64,000 bases of DNA from Bacteriovoracaceae bacterium (GTDB lineage Bacteria; Bdellovibrionota; Bacteriovoracia; Bacteriovoracales; Bacteriovoracaceae). Position numbers and translations under genes: made by a program. The notes under the pieces were generated by a model that saw only the letters and a list, made by a program, of their open reading frames with translations, was not told the DNA's origin and did no database searches. The DNA lies in assembly GCA_965217035.1 (NCBI GenBank), contig OZ244226.1:496001-560000 (forward strand). The letters are read 5' to 3'. Shown one piece after another: positions 29,425 through 39,449 of this stretch. Each line of letters begins with the position of its first letter. Position 1 is the first letter of the stretch.

Positions 29425-30157
29425 TTTTATACTGCTCCCAAAGATCTGGCCTAAGCTCTTTTGTTAATCTTTCTCTCTCATTTTGTTTGTATGTTTCAAT
29501 ATTCTTATGATGCCCAGAGATTAAAACTTTAGGGACTTCTTTTCCCTCGAACTCTCTGGGTTTCGTGTATTGAGGATGCTCGAGAAGACCAGACTGAAAA
29601 CTTTCCTCAACGTTTGATTCTCGATTCCCAAGAATTCCATCAACAAATCTCAACGCGCTATCAAGCATGGCCATAGTTGCAACTTCTCCTCCAGAAAGAA
29701 TAAAATCCCCAAGTGAATAATATTCGTTCACGTAATTCTCGAGGAATCGTTCATCAATCCCTTCATAACGACCACAAATGAAAACAATATCTTTCTCTTC
29801 TGAATTCTTTCCAAGGTAGTTTTTAGCAAAGTCTTTTGCACAATCATTATTCCAAATTCTTCCTCTCGGTGAAGGGAAGACCACATGATGAGTTTCTTTA
29901 GAATAGTTAGTTCCCTTGAGAAGAGCATTAGCAAGAATATCAGCTCTCATGACCATTCCTGCTCCACCACCATAAGCGTAATCATCAACACTTTTATAGT
30001 TATTGTCGGAAAAACTTCTAATATTAATGAGGTTAAATTCAAAGTGGATCCCATCTTCACGTTCACCGCTTAATGCTTTTCCGATAACACCGACTGTTTT
30101 ATAGGCTTCAAAATATTCTGGGAATAAAGTTAAGATCCAAATTTGTTTTGTTCTCAT
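29417..30157 (-). CDS. trmD: tRNA (guanine-N1)-methyltransferase
   Basis: TLFPE, VDDYAYGGGAGMV, CGRYEGIDER, SLGDFILSGGE. Confidence 0.97.
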   Translation of the reverse strand: MRTKQIWILTLFPEYFEAYKTVGVIGKALSGEREDGIHFEFNLINIRSFSDNNYKSVDDYAYGGGAGMVMRADILANALLKGTNYSKETHHVVFPSPRGRIWNNDCAKDFAKNYLGKNSEEKDIVFICGRYEGIDERFLENYVNEYYSLGDFILSGGEVATMAMLDSALRFVDGILGNRESNVEESFQSGLLEHPQYTKPREFEGKEVPKVLISGHHKNIETYKQNERERLTKELRPDLWEQYKSE

Positions 30158-30645
30158 AGGAACTCCGGCTTTTGAACTTTGATCTTCTTTTCTTCCCAGA
30201 GAACTTCTTCTATAAAGCTAACAGGAACATCCCATTCTTCTTCGCCTTCAATAACAACAATGTCTTGGGCCCCATTTGAATAAAACTCAGAAACTTTTCC
30301 AAATTCCTCTGAGGACTCAACATCAATGGCCCCGAAATCAATGATGTCATTCAAATAAAACTGTCCTTCTTCAAGATCATTAAAATCAGCGCGGTCCATA
30401 GAAACTTCTGAAGGAAGTAAAGCTTCGATTGCCTCTCTAGAATCAACCCCCTCAAGCTTTAAAATGGGACGCTTTCCTTTAGTATTGAGAGACTCAACGG
30501 TATAGCTCTTCGATTTTGTTTTTGTCGTAAGGAGGATTTCCTTACCTGGTTGGACTTGAGACTCTTCAGGATTTACCATATTGAAGAAAGCTGCGCCCTT
30601 CAGCCCATGCGGCTTGGTTAATGTTCCAAGATAGATTTGCTTCAT
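30154..30645 (-). CDS. rimM: Ribosome maturation factor RimM
   Basis: KPHGLKG, EGQFYLNDI, GAQD; position in the trmD operon. Confidence 0.93.
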   Translation of the reverse strand: MKQIYLGTLTKPHGLKGAAFFNMVNPEESQVQPGKEILLTTKTKSKSYTVESLNTKGKRPILKLEGVDSREAIEALLPSEVSMDRADFNDLEEGQFYLNDIIDFGAIDVESSEEFGKVSEFYSNGAQDIVVIEGEEEWDVPVSFIEEVLWEEKKIKVQKPEFL

Positions 30646-30683
30646 TTTGGACCTTGTACCTAAGGCTAACAAGGTCCGTCAAA

Positions 30684-30926
30684 TCATTCGATAATTTCTA
30701 GTACGGATCTTTTTTTAAGTTTGGTTGAGGCGGCATTCAGAATGGTTCTTAATGCTCTAGCGGTTCTCCCCTGCTTCCCAATCACTTTTCCCAAATCGGT
30801 CTTGTCGACTTTTAGCTCGATGACGGTGGTCTGCTCACCCTCAATCTCATTCACTTCCACTTCCTCTGGCATATCCACTAGCGACTTGCTGACGTACTCA
30901 ATAAGATCCCTTAATTCACTACTCAT
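30684..30926 (-). CDS. khpA: KH-domain RNA-binding protein KhpA
   Basis: DLGKVIGKQGRTARALR; between rpsP and rimM. Confidence 0.95.
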   Translation of the reverse strand: MSSELRDLIEYVSKSLVDMPEEVEVNEIEGEQTTVIELKVDKTDLGKVIGKQGRTARALRTILNAASTKLKKRSVLEIIE

Positions 30927-31024
30927 ACAACTCTCTTTGGTAAGGTTGACAAAAGTTTGGCAAATTAATGCTTATTCGCATGGTAACTGCGTTTAGAGAT
31001 AAATGAAAGGGCCTGAAGACCGAA

Positions 31025-31267
31025 TTAGAGAGTAATTTGGTACTTTTTAAACAGAGATTTCACTGAATCACTGAGTTGTGCACCATCATTTAGCCATCTT
31101 TTAATGTCTTCAGTCTTGATTGCTGTCATTGGTTCTGCTGCGTGAGGGTTATACTGACCTAGTTTCTCAATAAAGCGACCGTCCCTCGGAGAGCGGCTAT
31201 CCGCTGCTACGATAGTATAAACAGGCTTTCTTTTTCTTCCACCACGGGCCATTCGAATTTTGATCAT
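31025..31267 (-). CDS. rpsP: 30S ribosomal protein S16
   Basis: KIRMARGG..KPVY.IVAADSRSPRDGRFIE.LG.YNP. Confidence 0.98.
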   Translation of the reverse strand: MIKIRMARGGRKRKPVYTIVAADSRSPRDGRFIEKLGQYNPHAAEPMTAIKTEDIKRWLNDGAQLSDSVKSLFKKYQITL

Positions 31268-31304
31268 CTTATTTTTCTCCTAATGCATTCAAAGAATGCC
31301 AGAT

Positions 31305-31332
31305 ATTATGTGAAATTGATTTGCTTCGTCAA
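31305..31332 (-). promoter_or_regulatory. Sigma70-type promoter of the rpsP operon
   Basis: TTGACG-16 nt-CATAAT. Confidence 0.55.
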
Positions 31333-31393
31333 GCTTGGACGAACTTAACAGAACCATAATACAATGCGACGAAATACTAGGAAAAAAGAAGCC

Positions 31394-32713
31394 CTAGTTA
31401 GTTGCCAACAAATCACGCCAAACCTGCATCTCGATGAAGAATTGTCCATGATCAGAATTCTTAAAAGCTGTGTAATTGACAAGGCCTTTAAGATAGTCGA
31501 CTTCTTGCTCAAAACTGCCTTCAGGACCGAAAAAATCGAGTTCAGCTGAATAAAGATAGAAAGGAAGGTCTTCTCTCTCTTTAAGGTTTTGACGAATTAA
31601 AGAAAGCGAAACAAAATCTTCCCTAACTATCTTTTTGATCTTTTTATAATTAAATCTTCTCTGAATCTCAAGTGCATGACGGCATTCATTAAAATCAAAA
31701 GCATCAACATCGATACCTTGCTTTCTTAAAAGAGGCATCGCTTTCTCACAGCTCCATGTATTGAGAAAGCCACCAGGTGCTTCTCTGGCAAGCACAACAT
31801 CAACAAGCAAGAATGTTTCTTTTTTTAATTTAGCTTCTGCTGGAAAAAGTTTTTTGATGACATCCATGTTTAAGTTTTGTCGTTCATCAAGAAGAGATTT
31901 AATTTCTTCGTGCATCTTTTCCCAACGACCAAAAGATTTGTAAGATAGTCTTCTCCAACCAATTTTATCTAAAAGGGCCTTCCCACAAACTTTAAACATT
32001 TCATTGCCTGAACAATAATCTTTAGGAAAAATTGCTTTTACTCTATTAAGAATTTTTCTATCCTTTGGATAAATATCAAAATACATATCGCCTAGACGTT
32101 TAAAGGCTTTTACTCGTTCAGCAGTCCATACGATTCCATCGGTCATAATACTCATGCCATGAGCATAAGCTGCTTTTACAGCATGAGGTCGTAATTCAAG
32201 ATAGCGATGTACAATAAATGATCCAAAACCCTGTCCAAAGATTCTCCACTTTTCAAAGCCAAGACTTTCCCTAACGGCTTCCGAGTCGAAAACAATAGAA
32301 CGCGCTCCATAATGGGACATTCTTTTTATTGCCTTGTTATTAACCTTTTCAAAAGTCGGCAATGAAGAAGAACAACCATTCCCTCTTTGATCAATAAAAA
32401 TAAAAGGTATCTTTTGGTAGTGCTTTGCTCTTTCTGGATCTTTTAGAATCCATCCATGAAGACCTCTGGCATAAGAACCAGGTCCCCCATTAAAATAAAC
32501 GACTGGCGGAATATCTCTATTTTCAAAAGTAAAATTATAACCATGATAAAAGACATCGATTTTTTTTGATTTTCTAGGTTTCGACCAGTCTTCGGGAACT
32601 TTGACATAACCATGAATGCTGTCTGCTGGAAGATTTTCAATAAACTTCTCGCATTCGTCAGCAAAACAGTTCAAGTTGAGGAAAACAAAAAAGATTATGA
32701 ATAGTTTTTTCAT
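31394..32713 (-). CDS. Secreted alpha/beta hydrolase (prolyl/tripeptidyl aminopeptidase-like); nucleophile Ser replaced by Gly
   Basis: VPEDW, NGGPG, DQRGNGCS, GQGFG, terminal DHG. Confidence 0.85.
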   Translation of the reverse strand: MKKLFIIFFVFLNLNCFADECEKFIENLPADSIHGYVKVPEDWSKPRKSKKIDVFYHGYNFTFENRDIPPVVYFNGGPGSYARGLHGWILKDPERAKHYQKIPFIFIDQRGNGCSSSLPTFEKVNNKAIKRMSHYGARSIVFDSEAVRESLGFEKWRIFGQGFGSFIVHRYLELRPHAVKAAYAHGMSIMTDGIVWTAERVKAFKRLGDMYFDIYPKDRKILNRVKAIFPKDYCSGNEMFKVCGKALLDKIGWRRLSYKSFGRWEKMHEEIKSLLDERQNLNMDVIKKLFPAEAKLKKETFLLVDVVLAREAPGGFLNTWSCEKAMPLLRKQGIDVDAFDFNECRHALEIQRRFNYKKIKKIVREDFVSLSLIRQNLKEREDLPFYLYSAELDFFGPEGSFEQEVDYLKGLVNYTAFKNSDHGQFFIEMQVWRDLLATN

Positions 32714-33270
32714 TCAATTTCTCCGAGGTCTCGAAAACTCTTAAATCGTTCAAAATGGGCCGGAGAAATTCCAATTTTTCCATCGGGTATTTTCCCTTTG
32801 AAGTACCGGTACCATTGCTCACGTTCAAATTCAAAAGTCATGGGTCGAGGTCTCGGTAAACGTCTCGTAAAGTGTCTAAGAAGCTTCCAAGTAAACTCAC
32901 TACAATACTGAGTCGCATTATCCCAAAGGAACTTAGGATCATAAGGCTTCCCTTCAAATTTACGGATGAAAACTTTTTTAATTAATCGAAAATCTCCTCT
33001 TGGTCTTAGCGCCCTAATCTTCAAACCTCTTTGGGTTTTGCTCATAAAATCTTTCAAGGTCACCCTTCTTACTTTTTGAAAAGCTTCTCCGATAAAAATT
33101 TCGGGATTCGTTTGAAGGACAACACCAATATGAGAGTATTCAGAATTCGTCTCTCCTTCAATGAGATTACATAAACGGCAATGCAAAGGTTGAAGAAGAA
33201 TATCACCGACTTTGAGGTTGATACCAAAAACTGAACTCGTAAAAAGAAAAATTAGAAGAGTTTTTGCCAT
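32710..33270 (-). CDS. YiiX/YebB-like permuted NlpC/P60 protein
   Basis: GDILL, YSHIGVV, GKPYD, YCSEF. Confidence 0.88.
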   Translation of the reverse strand: MAKTLLIFLFTSSVFGINLKVGDILLQPLHCRLCNLIEGETNSEYSHIGVVLQTNPEIFIGEAFQKVRRVTLKDFMSKTQRGLKIRALRPRGDFRLIKKVFIRKFEGKPYDPKFLWDNATQYCSEFTWKLLRHFTRRLPRPRPMTFEFEREQWYRYFKGKIPDGKIGISPAHFERFKSFRDLGEIE

Positions 33271-34346
33271 CCCAATACCATATTCAATTCTTGAAGCATT
33301 TGAACTCCTTGAACATTTTGATTGATTGGAAAACCGATTTCAAAAGCGATTCGATCTCCTGTATCAAAAGAAAAGTTTGTTCCAATGAAAAGGTTTGCCC
33401 AATTCCCACCTTGAGCCTCAGGATCAGCAGTTGGGTTCATGGCAGAAGTAATCGTAAGATCTTTCGAATCTCCATTAATATTATCACGCCAATGCCAATT
33501 AAGACGTGTTGAAAAACTCCATTCCTTAGAATAGGAATAAGCTCCCCAAAGATTCACATAAAACTCATCCCCAAAAGTGTAGTCCTGATCATTTTCACCA
33601 AGTCTATGAGTATAAAGAGCATCAATTCCGATATTTTTATTATTTGAAAAATACCATTGGTAAGTTCCTCCAACTGAAAGATCAAAAGTCCCAGAACCTA
33701 ATTGCATCGGGTATGGAAGGAGAACTTCTCCCATCACAGGAATCGTATCCTCTACTTCTATGTCACCAGTAGGAAGACTCACTCCATACTTAAAAAGAGC
33801 GAGACTATGCCCTGCTTGTTCTTTCATTTTTTGAAGAACAAAAAACTTAGTATCTCCAATTCCGGTTGTCCCCGTATCAAAATCAACACTCATCATATTG
33901 TTTCTTAGATTCATATCTTTAGAAACCACATTAATCATCGGCATGAATGTAAAGGTATCATTGAGACCATACATCGCTCCAATCATAAGCATATCCATCG
34001 TCATGTCTTGAGGCTTAATATTTTGAGAATATTCAGAGTCGCTTAGCTCTTCCGTTCCACTTCCCATACTATCCATCGCCATTCTCATAAGGCGAACACT
34101 CATCATGAATTCACCTTTTTTATGAACATGGTCTCCCATGACCCCAATCGGAGCATGATTAATAGCTGAGTGATCAGCCATCGCACTAAAGCTAAACAAT
34201 ATTGCCACTATTGAGCAGAGTGATTCAATTTTGAATTTTAAGCAGGCGAACAAGTCCGAAATGCCGAGGCGTACGCTTTGGCACGTCGCAAGCATTGAGA
34301 GACGATGTTCAACACACTTAAAATTTAAAATGAGATTGCTATTCAT
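33252..34346 (-). CDS. Outer-membrane beta-barrel transporter-like protein with His/Met-rich N-terminus
   Basis: HAPIGVMGDHVHKKGE, GIGD, SLPTG, YPMQLGSGT, terminal Phe; ATGA overlap with ffh; start uncertain. Confidence 0.8.
   Translation of the reverse strand: MNSNLILNFKCVEHRLSMLATCQSVRLGISDLFACLKFKIESLCSIVAILFSFSAMADHSAINHAPIGVMGDHVHKKGEFMMSVRLMRMAMDSMGSGTEELSDSEYSQNIKPQDMTMDMLMIGAMYGLNDTFTFMPMINVVSKDMNLRNNMMSVDFDTGTTGIGDTKFFVLQKMKEQAGHSLALFKYGVSLPTGDIEVEDTIPVMGEVLLPYPMQLGSGTFDLSVGGTYQWYFSNNKNIGIDALYTHRLGENDQDYTFGDEFYVNLWGAYSYSKEWSFSTRLNWHWRDNINGDSKDLTITSAMNPTADPEAQGGNWANLFIGTNFSFDTGDRIAFEIGFPINQNVQGVQMLQELNMVLGWQKLF
34217..34340. repeat. Dispersed ~124-bp hairpin repeat, copy 2
   Basis: Colinear with 8997-9120; TTTTGAATTTTAAG pairs with CTTAAAATTTAAAA. 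Confidence 0.8.
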
Positions 34347-35782
34347 TTAAAAAATCCTCCGCCAAATGGTCCCTTTCTTTTCCCTTTTCTTTTTTTCTTT
34401 CCAGAGCCTGGAGCCTGACGAAAGCCTTTTTGTCCGCCTAGTCCTGGCATACCGGGCATTCCAGGCATCCCTCCGCCTTTCATCATTCCCATCATTCCAG
34501 ACATCATCTCTTTCATTTGAACAAACTTCTTTAAAAACTCATCAACATCTTTTACGGTTCGACCTGCACCACGCGCGATTCTCTCTTTTCGAGAATCTTT
34601 TATAATTTTGTAATCTTTTCTTTCTTGTTTTGTCATGGAGCCAATAATGACTTTCATTTTATCCATCTCTTCTTCAGCAGGAGAAAGATCTCCTACCTGA
34701 CGAAGCATTCCTCCCATTCCGGGAATCATTTTGAGTAAGGACTCCATGGAACCGAGGCTATTCATCATATTCATTTGTTTCATGAAATCTTCGATGGTGA
34801 ATTGATTCTTCTCCATCTTTTTCATCATGGCCTCTGCTTCTTTCTCATCAATAGCTTCTTCAGCTTTTTCGACCAGAGTAAGAACATCCCCCATATCAAG
34901 AATACGTTTCGCTAATCTGTCGGGATGAAAAGGCTCCAAGTCCTTCATCTTCTCACCAACAGAGATATAGCGAATTGGAACTTGAGTCACTTCACGAATT
35001 GAAAGAGCAGCACCACCACGCGCATCTGAATCCATCTTTGAAAGAACTACCCCTGTCAGTCTAACCTTCTCGTGGAAAACTTTTGCAACATCAACGGCGA
35101 CCTGACCAGTCATGGCATCAGCGACCATGAGAACTTCGGGATCTTTCACTGCATTTCTCACATCAACCAATTGCCCCATCAGTTCTTCATCGACTTCTAA
35201 GCGGCCAGCGGTATCGATAATTACAACTTCTTTTCGAAGGTTCTCAGCTTCTTTCATTCCTGCTTTTACAATTTCAGCAGGAGTCATCGTTAAGTCAGAG
35301 TCAAAGAAATCGATATCAAGATTTTTAGCGTGAGTTAAGAGTTGATCCTTTGCTGCTGGCCTGAAGTTATCAGCCGGAATCAAATAAACATCTTTCTTCT
35401 TTTTCTTCTTAAGAAAGAGTGCAAGCTTTCCAGTGAAGGTTGTTTTCCCTGCACCGTTAAGACCGACGATAAGAAGTGGAAGAGGGCCTGCTCGGTCGAA
35501 GTTAATCTCTTCGTGTTCATTTCCCATAACCGCAGCGAGTTCATCATGAACAATTTTTACAAATTGCTCTCCAGGATTAACTCCGCGGATAACTTTCTCT
35601 CCAAGCGCTTTTTCTTTAACATTATTAACGAAAGATTTTACAACTTTGAAGTTAACGTCCGCTTCAAGCAGTGCCGTTCTTACTTCCTTCATTGTCTCTT
35701 CAATATTCGTCTCTGAGATTTTTCCCTTCCCTTGAATATTCTTGAAGGCATCGCTAAATTTTTCACTCAAATTATCAAACAT
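34343..35782 (-). CDS. ffh: Signal recognition particle protein
   Basis: ALLEADV, GLNGAGKTT, DTAGR, DARGGAALS, Met-rich M domain. Confidence 0.98.
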   Translation of the reverse strand: MFDNLSEKFSDAFKNIQGKGKISETNIEETMKEVRTALLEADVNFKVVKSFVNNVKEKALGEKVIRGVNPGEQFVKIVHDELAAVMGNEHEEINFDRAGPLPLLIVGLNGAGKTTFTGKLALFLKKKKKKDVYLIPADNFRPAAKDQLLTHAKNLDIDFFDSDLTMTPAEIVKAGMKEAENLRKEVVIIDTAGRLEVDEELMGQLVDVRNAVKDPEVLMVADAMTGQVAVDVAKVFHEKVRLTGVVLSKMDSDARGGAALSIREVTQVPIRYISVGEKMKDLEPFHPDRLAKRILDMGDVLTLVEKAEEAIDEKEAEAMMKKMEKNQFTIEDFMKQMNMMNSLGSMESLLKMIPGMGGMLRQVGDLSPAEEEMDKMKVIIGSMTKQERKDYKIIKDSRKERIARGAGRTVKDVDEFLKKFVQMKEMMSGMMGMMKGGGMPGMPGMPGLGGQKGFRQAPGSGKKKRKGKRKGPFGGGFFK

Positions 35783-35790
35783 ATTACTTC

Positions 35791-36132
35791 CTAAAGTATT
35801 TCATTTATATTTTCTGGAGGTCGTCCAAGAATGGCTTTGTTATCAACAACAACGATAGGTCTCTCAATAAGTTTAGGATGTTCAGACATGGCCTTAAGAA
35901 GTTCTGTCTCAGAAGCCTCCTGAAGCTTAAGTTCTTTAAACAAGTCTTCTTTTTTCCTGACCAGCCCTGAAGCTGGAATCCCTAACTTAGACAAAAGTCC
36001 TCCAATCTCTTCAACCGTAGGTGAATTTTCGAGATAGAGATTGATCTGAGGCTCAATTCCTTTGTTTTGGATCAATTCTAGAGTCTGGCGGCTCTTAGAG
36101 CACCGAGGATTGTGATAAATCTGTACATTCAT
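35791..36132 (-). CDS. arsC: ArsC family arsenate reductase (glutaredoxin type)
   Basis: YHNPRCSKSR, LIERPIV, GRPPE. Confidence 0.9.
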   Translation of the reverse strand: MNVQIYHNPRCSKSRQTLELIQNKGIEPQINLYLENSPTVEEIGGLLSKLGIPASGLVRKKEDLFKELKLQEASETELLKAMSEHPKLIERPIVVVDNKAILGRPPENINEIL

Positions 36133-36179
36133 GGGTTCGAATCTTATCAATTTAAATATCTTATGTTAATTACTGCACC

Positions 36180-37253
36180 ATGACTTTTAGTTCAAACCTT
36201 CAGCAGAAGATCGATACTCTCAAGACGACTCGAAAGCCCATTAAATTAGGTACGATTCCTTTCGAATCACCGCTCCTACTCGCCCCGATGGCAAGTATCT
36301 GTAATTACCCTTTTCGAGTCCTGATGGAGAAGTTGGGCGCAGGGGGAACTGTGAGTGAGCTGATCTCGAGTCATGCCATAAAATACGGCAATGAACGAAC
36401 GCTTAATATGCTCCGAATCCACGAAGATGAGGTCAATGTCGGAATTCAGATCTTCGGAGAAGAAGCTGAAGATATGGCCTATGCCGCTCGAGTTTCAGAA
36501 GAGTATAATCCCAAATTCATTGATATCAATATGGGATGCCCAGTTCGTAAGGTTGTCACCAAAGGAGGAGGATCTGCCCTTCTTAAAGATCCCGTTTCAC
36601 TCGGCCCTTTTTTGAGAGAAATTAAAAAGAACATGACGGTACCCTTAACCATCAAAATTCGAATGGGATGGGATGCTGAAGGGATAAACGCAGATGAGAT
36701 CATTAATGTCGCTCACAATGAGGGAATTGAGTTTGTCGCAATTCACGGTAGAACCAGGGCCCAACAGTATACCGGAACGGCCAATTGGGATTATATCGAA
36801 AATCTTGCGACTGAATCTCCTTTACCTTTAATTGGAAATGGTGATCTCCATAATCCTGAAAAAGTTCGTGCAAGAATGGCCGTAACCAATTGTCCTGCTG
36901 TAATGATTGCTCGAGGTGCTTTGAGAAATCCTTTTATCTTTTTGGAGTCTCTTGCTGATCGCGAAGAACGTCCTAAATTTTATGGAAATGATTATTGGGA
37001 AATTATAAAACTCCTTCATGACTATACTTGCGAAGCTTTTGATAAAGAGCGGATTCGAGTGGTTCAACTTCGAAAACTCATTGTCTGGTTCGCTTCAGGC
37101 TTCCCTAATGCCGCTAAATTCCGCTCTATGATCTTTAAATGCCAAGAACTTGATGATTGTATGAAAATCACCGAGGATTATTATTGTGGTCTCGGAACAA
37201 GTCAGAAACAGATCGATTTTGACGAAACTTTCATGAATTCAGGCCACGGTTGA
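36180..37253 (+). CDS. dusB: tRNA-dihydrouridine synthase (DusB-like)
   Basis: LAPMA, IDINMGCPV, IHGRTR, GNGD, MIARG. Confidence 0.9.
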   Translation: MTFSSNLQQKIDTLKTTRKPIKLGTIPFESPLLLAPMASICNYPFRVLMEKLGAGGTVSELISSHAIKYGNERTLNMLRIHEDEVNVGIQIFGEEAEDMAYAARVSEEYNPKFIDINMGCPVRKVVTKGGGSALLKDPVSLGPFLREIKKNMTVPLTIKIRMGWDAEGINADEIINVAHNEGIEFVAIHGRTRAQQYTGTANWDYIENLATESPLPLIGNGDLHNPEKVRARMAVTNCPAVMIARGALRNPFIFLESLADREERPKFYGNDYWEIIKLLHDYTCEAFDKERIRVVQLRKLIVWFASGFPNAAKFRSMIFKCQELDDCMKITEDYYCGLGTSQKQIDFDETFMNSGHG

Positions 37254-37295
37254 TAGAGCAACTCTATCTAAGAATTGAAACCTGGAGAATAAAAA

Positions 37296-37802
37296 ATGTC
37301 TGATGAAGTTATCATCGCTCAGTCTGTTGCTGTCCTAATCGACGGAAATAATGTTGAAAGAAGTATTCACGATATGATGGGAAGCTCATCAGCTATGGTG
37401 AATTTTGATACCCTTATCCCAAAATTAACTCAAGAAAGAGGCCTCAACCGGCTTATTTATTTTAGAGAAGGAAAGAATATTTCTTCTAAGCTCGCAGAAC
37501 GTTTGCACGAAAATTTTTATGGCGCTGTTCGTCCTTGTCATAAGTCTGCTGACATCCCACTCTCAATTAAAGCAACTCAACTCGCTTCAAAAGTCGATAC
37601 CATTATTATTCTTTCGGGAGACTCTGATTATATTGAAACTGTTCGTCATTTAAAGGGAGAAGGTGTTCGTGTTGAGATTTGTGCCGTAAGAAAAAACACA
37701 GCACAAATACTCATTGATGAATGCGATTATTTTCATGAAATCACGAAAGACGATTGCTTTAAACTAACAAAAACTTCTAAGAAAAAAACGAAGAGACGTT
37801 AG
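37296..37802 (+). CDS. NYN-domain (LabA/DUF88) protein
   Basis: IDGNN, KSADI, LSGDSDY, G.RVE. Confidence 0.9.
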   Translation: MSDEVIIAQSVAVLIDGNNVERSIHDMMGSSSAMVNFDTLIPKLTQERGLNRLIYFREGKNISSKLAERLHENFYGAVRPCHKSADIPLSIKATQLASKVDTIIILSGDSDYIETVRHLKGEGVRVEICAVRKNTAQILIDECDYFHEITKDDCFKLTKTSKKKTKRR

Positions 37803-38596
37803 TTTCTTAATTCGACTGAACGCTGATAGGCAGCGTCGATTGCTTCTTGAAGAGTTTTTCCTATTTCATTTTTCTTTAAGACTTCTAGCGCTTCGAAAGT
37901 AACACCTTTCTTAGATGTAACTTGATCCTTAAGTTTTTTAGCGTCTAAATCCTTTTCTAATAAACTTCCCGTCCCAATAAGAAGATCTCTCACAATCATT
38001 TGGCTCATTTCAGTCGTTAATCCATAAGATATCAACTTTTCTGAAAGTTGAATGGCAATCTCTAACATTAGAGCAGGACCTGAAGCACTCACTCCAGTAG
38101 TTCGATCAATCATATCGTCACTTTCGAGAAAGTAAGTTCGAGAAACGGCCCCGAAAATTTCATTAAAAGCCTGAAGAATCTCTTCTGAAACCTTCTCTCT
38201 ATTATAATGATAAAGAGAAATTCCTTTTCGAGTGAAGCTTGCGGTATTAGGCATAATTCTTAGAACAGAGTTTTCAGGAAAGTCGCTCTCTATTTTATCA
38301 CTAGAAGTTCCAGCGAGAAGAGACCAAAGACTTGCCCCCCCAGAAATAATTTTTTTGAGCTCACCAGAAGCCTCTGAATAGTTCTGAGGCTTAAATCCCA
38401 AAAGATAAACATCACATCCTTTAAGCTCATCAAGCGATTTACAAAAATTCCCATTAATGGCCTTTGCTAATTCCATAGCTCGACTTTGAGAAGGAGTATA
38501 ACAATAAAAATCATAAGAATGATCAGGCTGACTGGAAAAAAAACCTCTAACAATGGCATTGACCAAGTTTCCACACCCTACTAAAGCAATTTTCAT
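37799..38596 (-). CDS. proC: Pyrroline-5-carboxylate reductase
   Basis: GCGNL, KPQ, RIMPNT, SASGPA, VTSKKGVT. Confidence 0.92.
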   Translation of the reverse strand: MKIALVGCGNLVNAIVRGFFSSQPDHSYDFYCYTPSQSRAMELAKAINGNFCKSLDELKGCDVYLLGFKPQNYSEASGELKKIISGGASLWSLLAGTSSDKIESDFPENSVLRIMPNTASFTRKGISLYHYNREKVSEEILQAFNEIFGAVSRTYFLESDDMIDRTTGVSASGPALMLEIAIQLSEKLISYGLTTEMSQMIVRDLLIGTGSLLEKDLDAKKLKDQVTSKKGVTFEALEVLKKNEIGKTLQEAIDAAYQRSVELRN

Positions 38597-38606
38597 AAGA
38601 TTATCC

Positions 38607-39359
38607 CTAGGCAGATTTTTGTTCACTTTTCTCAAAGCTCACTGTAGGCACCTTGCAAAGAATTGTTGATCCAAAATTAGCGTCAGTCACAATTTCTAAC
38701 TGCCCTTTATAATCTCTCAGAAGATTTTCAACAATGAACAGACCTTGATTTCTACCTGCAAAAAGATTTGGTGAAGTGGCCTCACTCTTTTCAAATCCTC
38801 TCCCATCGTCAGAAACGCTAAGAAAGTAATTCTGTTCATCTCCAGAAACCTCAACGATAATAGTTCCAATAGAGCATTTATTAGCAAGGTTCCTTTCTCT
38901 TGGCGTTTCAATTCCATGATAAACAGCATTCATAAGCAGATGAATCATCATTTTTTTGAATGAATATTCATCAAAGATATCTAAAAAGTTTTGGGTCTTA
39001 TCATGAAACTTTAAGCAGATATTTTTACCAACTTGCTTAGAGATACGAACAGCAAATTCTTCTAAGAACTCATCGACAGCAACGGGTTGCGCATTCTTGT
39101 GGTAAAGTTCTTCAACAGTCGCAAGAAAAGGACCACTCGACTTTTCAAATTTAGCACTATCTTTTTCAACCAAACATTCTTCAACAACATGAAGAACCTC
39201 TGCTTCTTCTTTCAATTGAGCCGCCAAACAAAGCCCTTTAAGGGTATGACAAGCATGAAAAAGATCTTCCGACTCTACTGACCATTTTGCCGTATCTTTA
39301 ACGAGAGAACGGATTCTAGAGGCATAAAAATTGAGTTCTTTATCAAATGTATTTTTCAT
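38607..39359 (-). CDS. Minimal CheA-like kinase (Hpt + HATPase)
   Basis: FHACHTLKG (Hpt), HLLMNAVYHGIE, DDGRG, GRNQGL. Confidence 0.8.
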   Translation of the reverse strand: MKNTFDKELNFYASRIRSLVKDTAKWSVESEDLFHACHTLKGLCLAAQLKEEAEVLHVVEECLVEKDSAKFEKSSGPFLATVEELYHKNAQPVAVDEFLEEFAVRISKQVGKNICLKFHDKTQNFLDIFDEYSFKKMMIHLLMNAVYHGIETPRERNLANKCSIGTIIVEVSGDEQNYFLSVSDDGRGFEKSEATSPNLFAGRNQGLFIVENLLRDYKGQLEIVTDANFGSTILCKVPTVSFEKSEQKSA

Positions 39360-39411
39360 GAAGAACTGATCGGATTGATGAATTGATTGTTTAGAGAGTA
39401 TTTAGGTCAGG

Positions 39412-39439
39412 AAAAGAGAGAGGCTTCGAAAAGCCTCTC
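39412..39439 (-). terminator. Terminator after sodA
   Basis: GAGAGGCTT-CGAA-AAGCCTCTC stem with UCUUUU tail on the minus strand. Confidence 0.75.
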
Positions 39440-39449
39440 CTATAGATAA

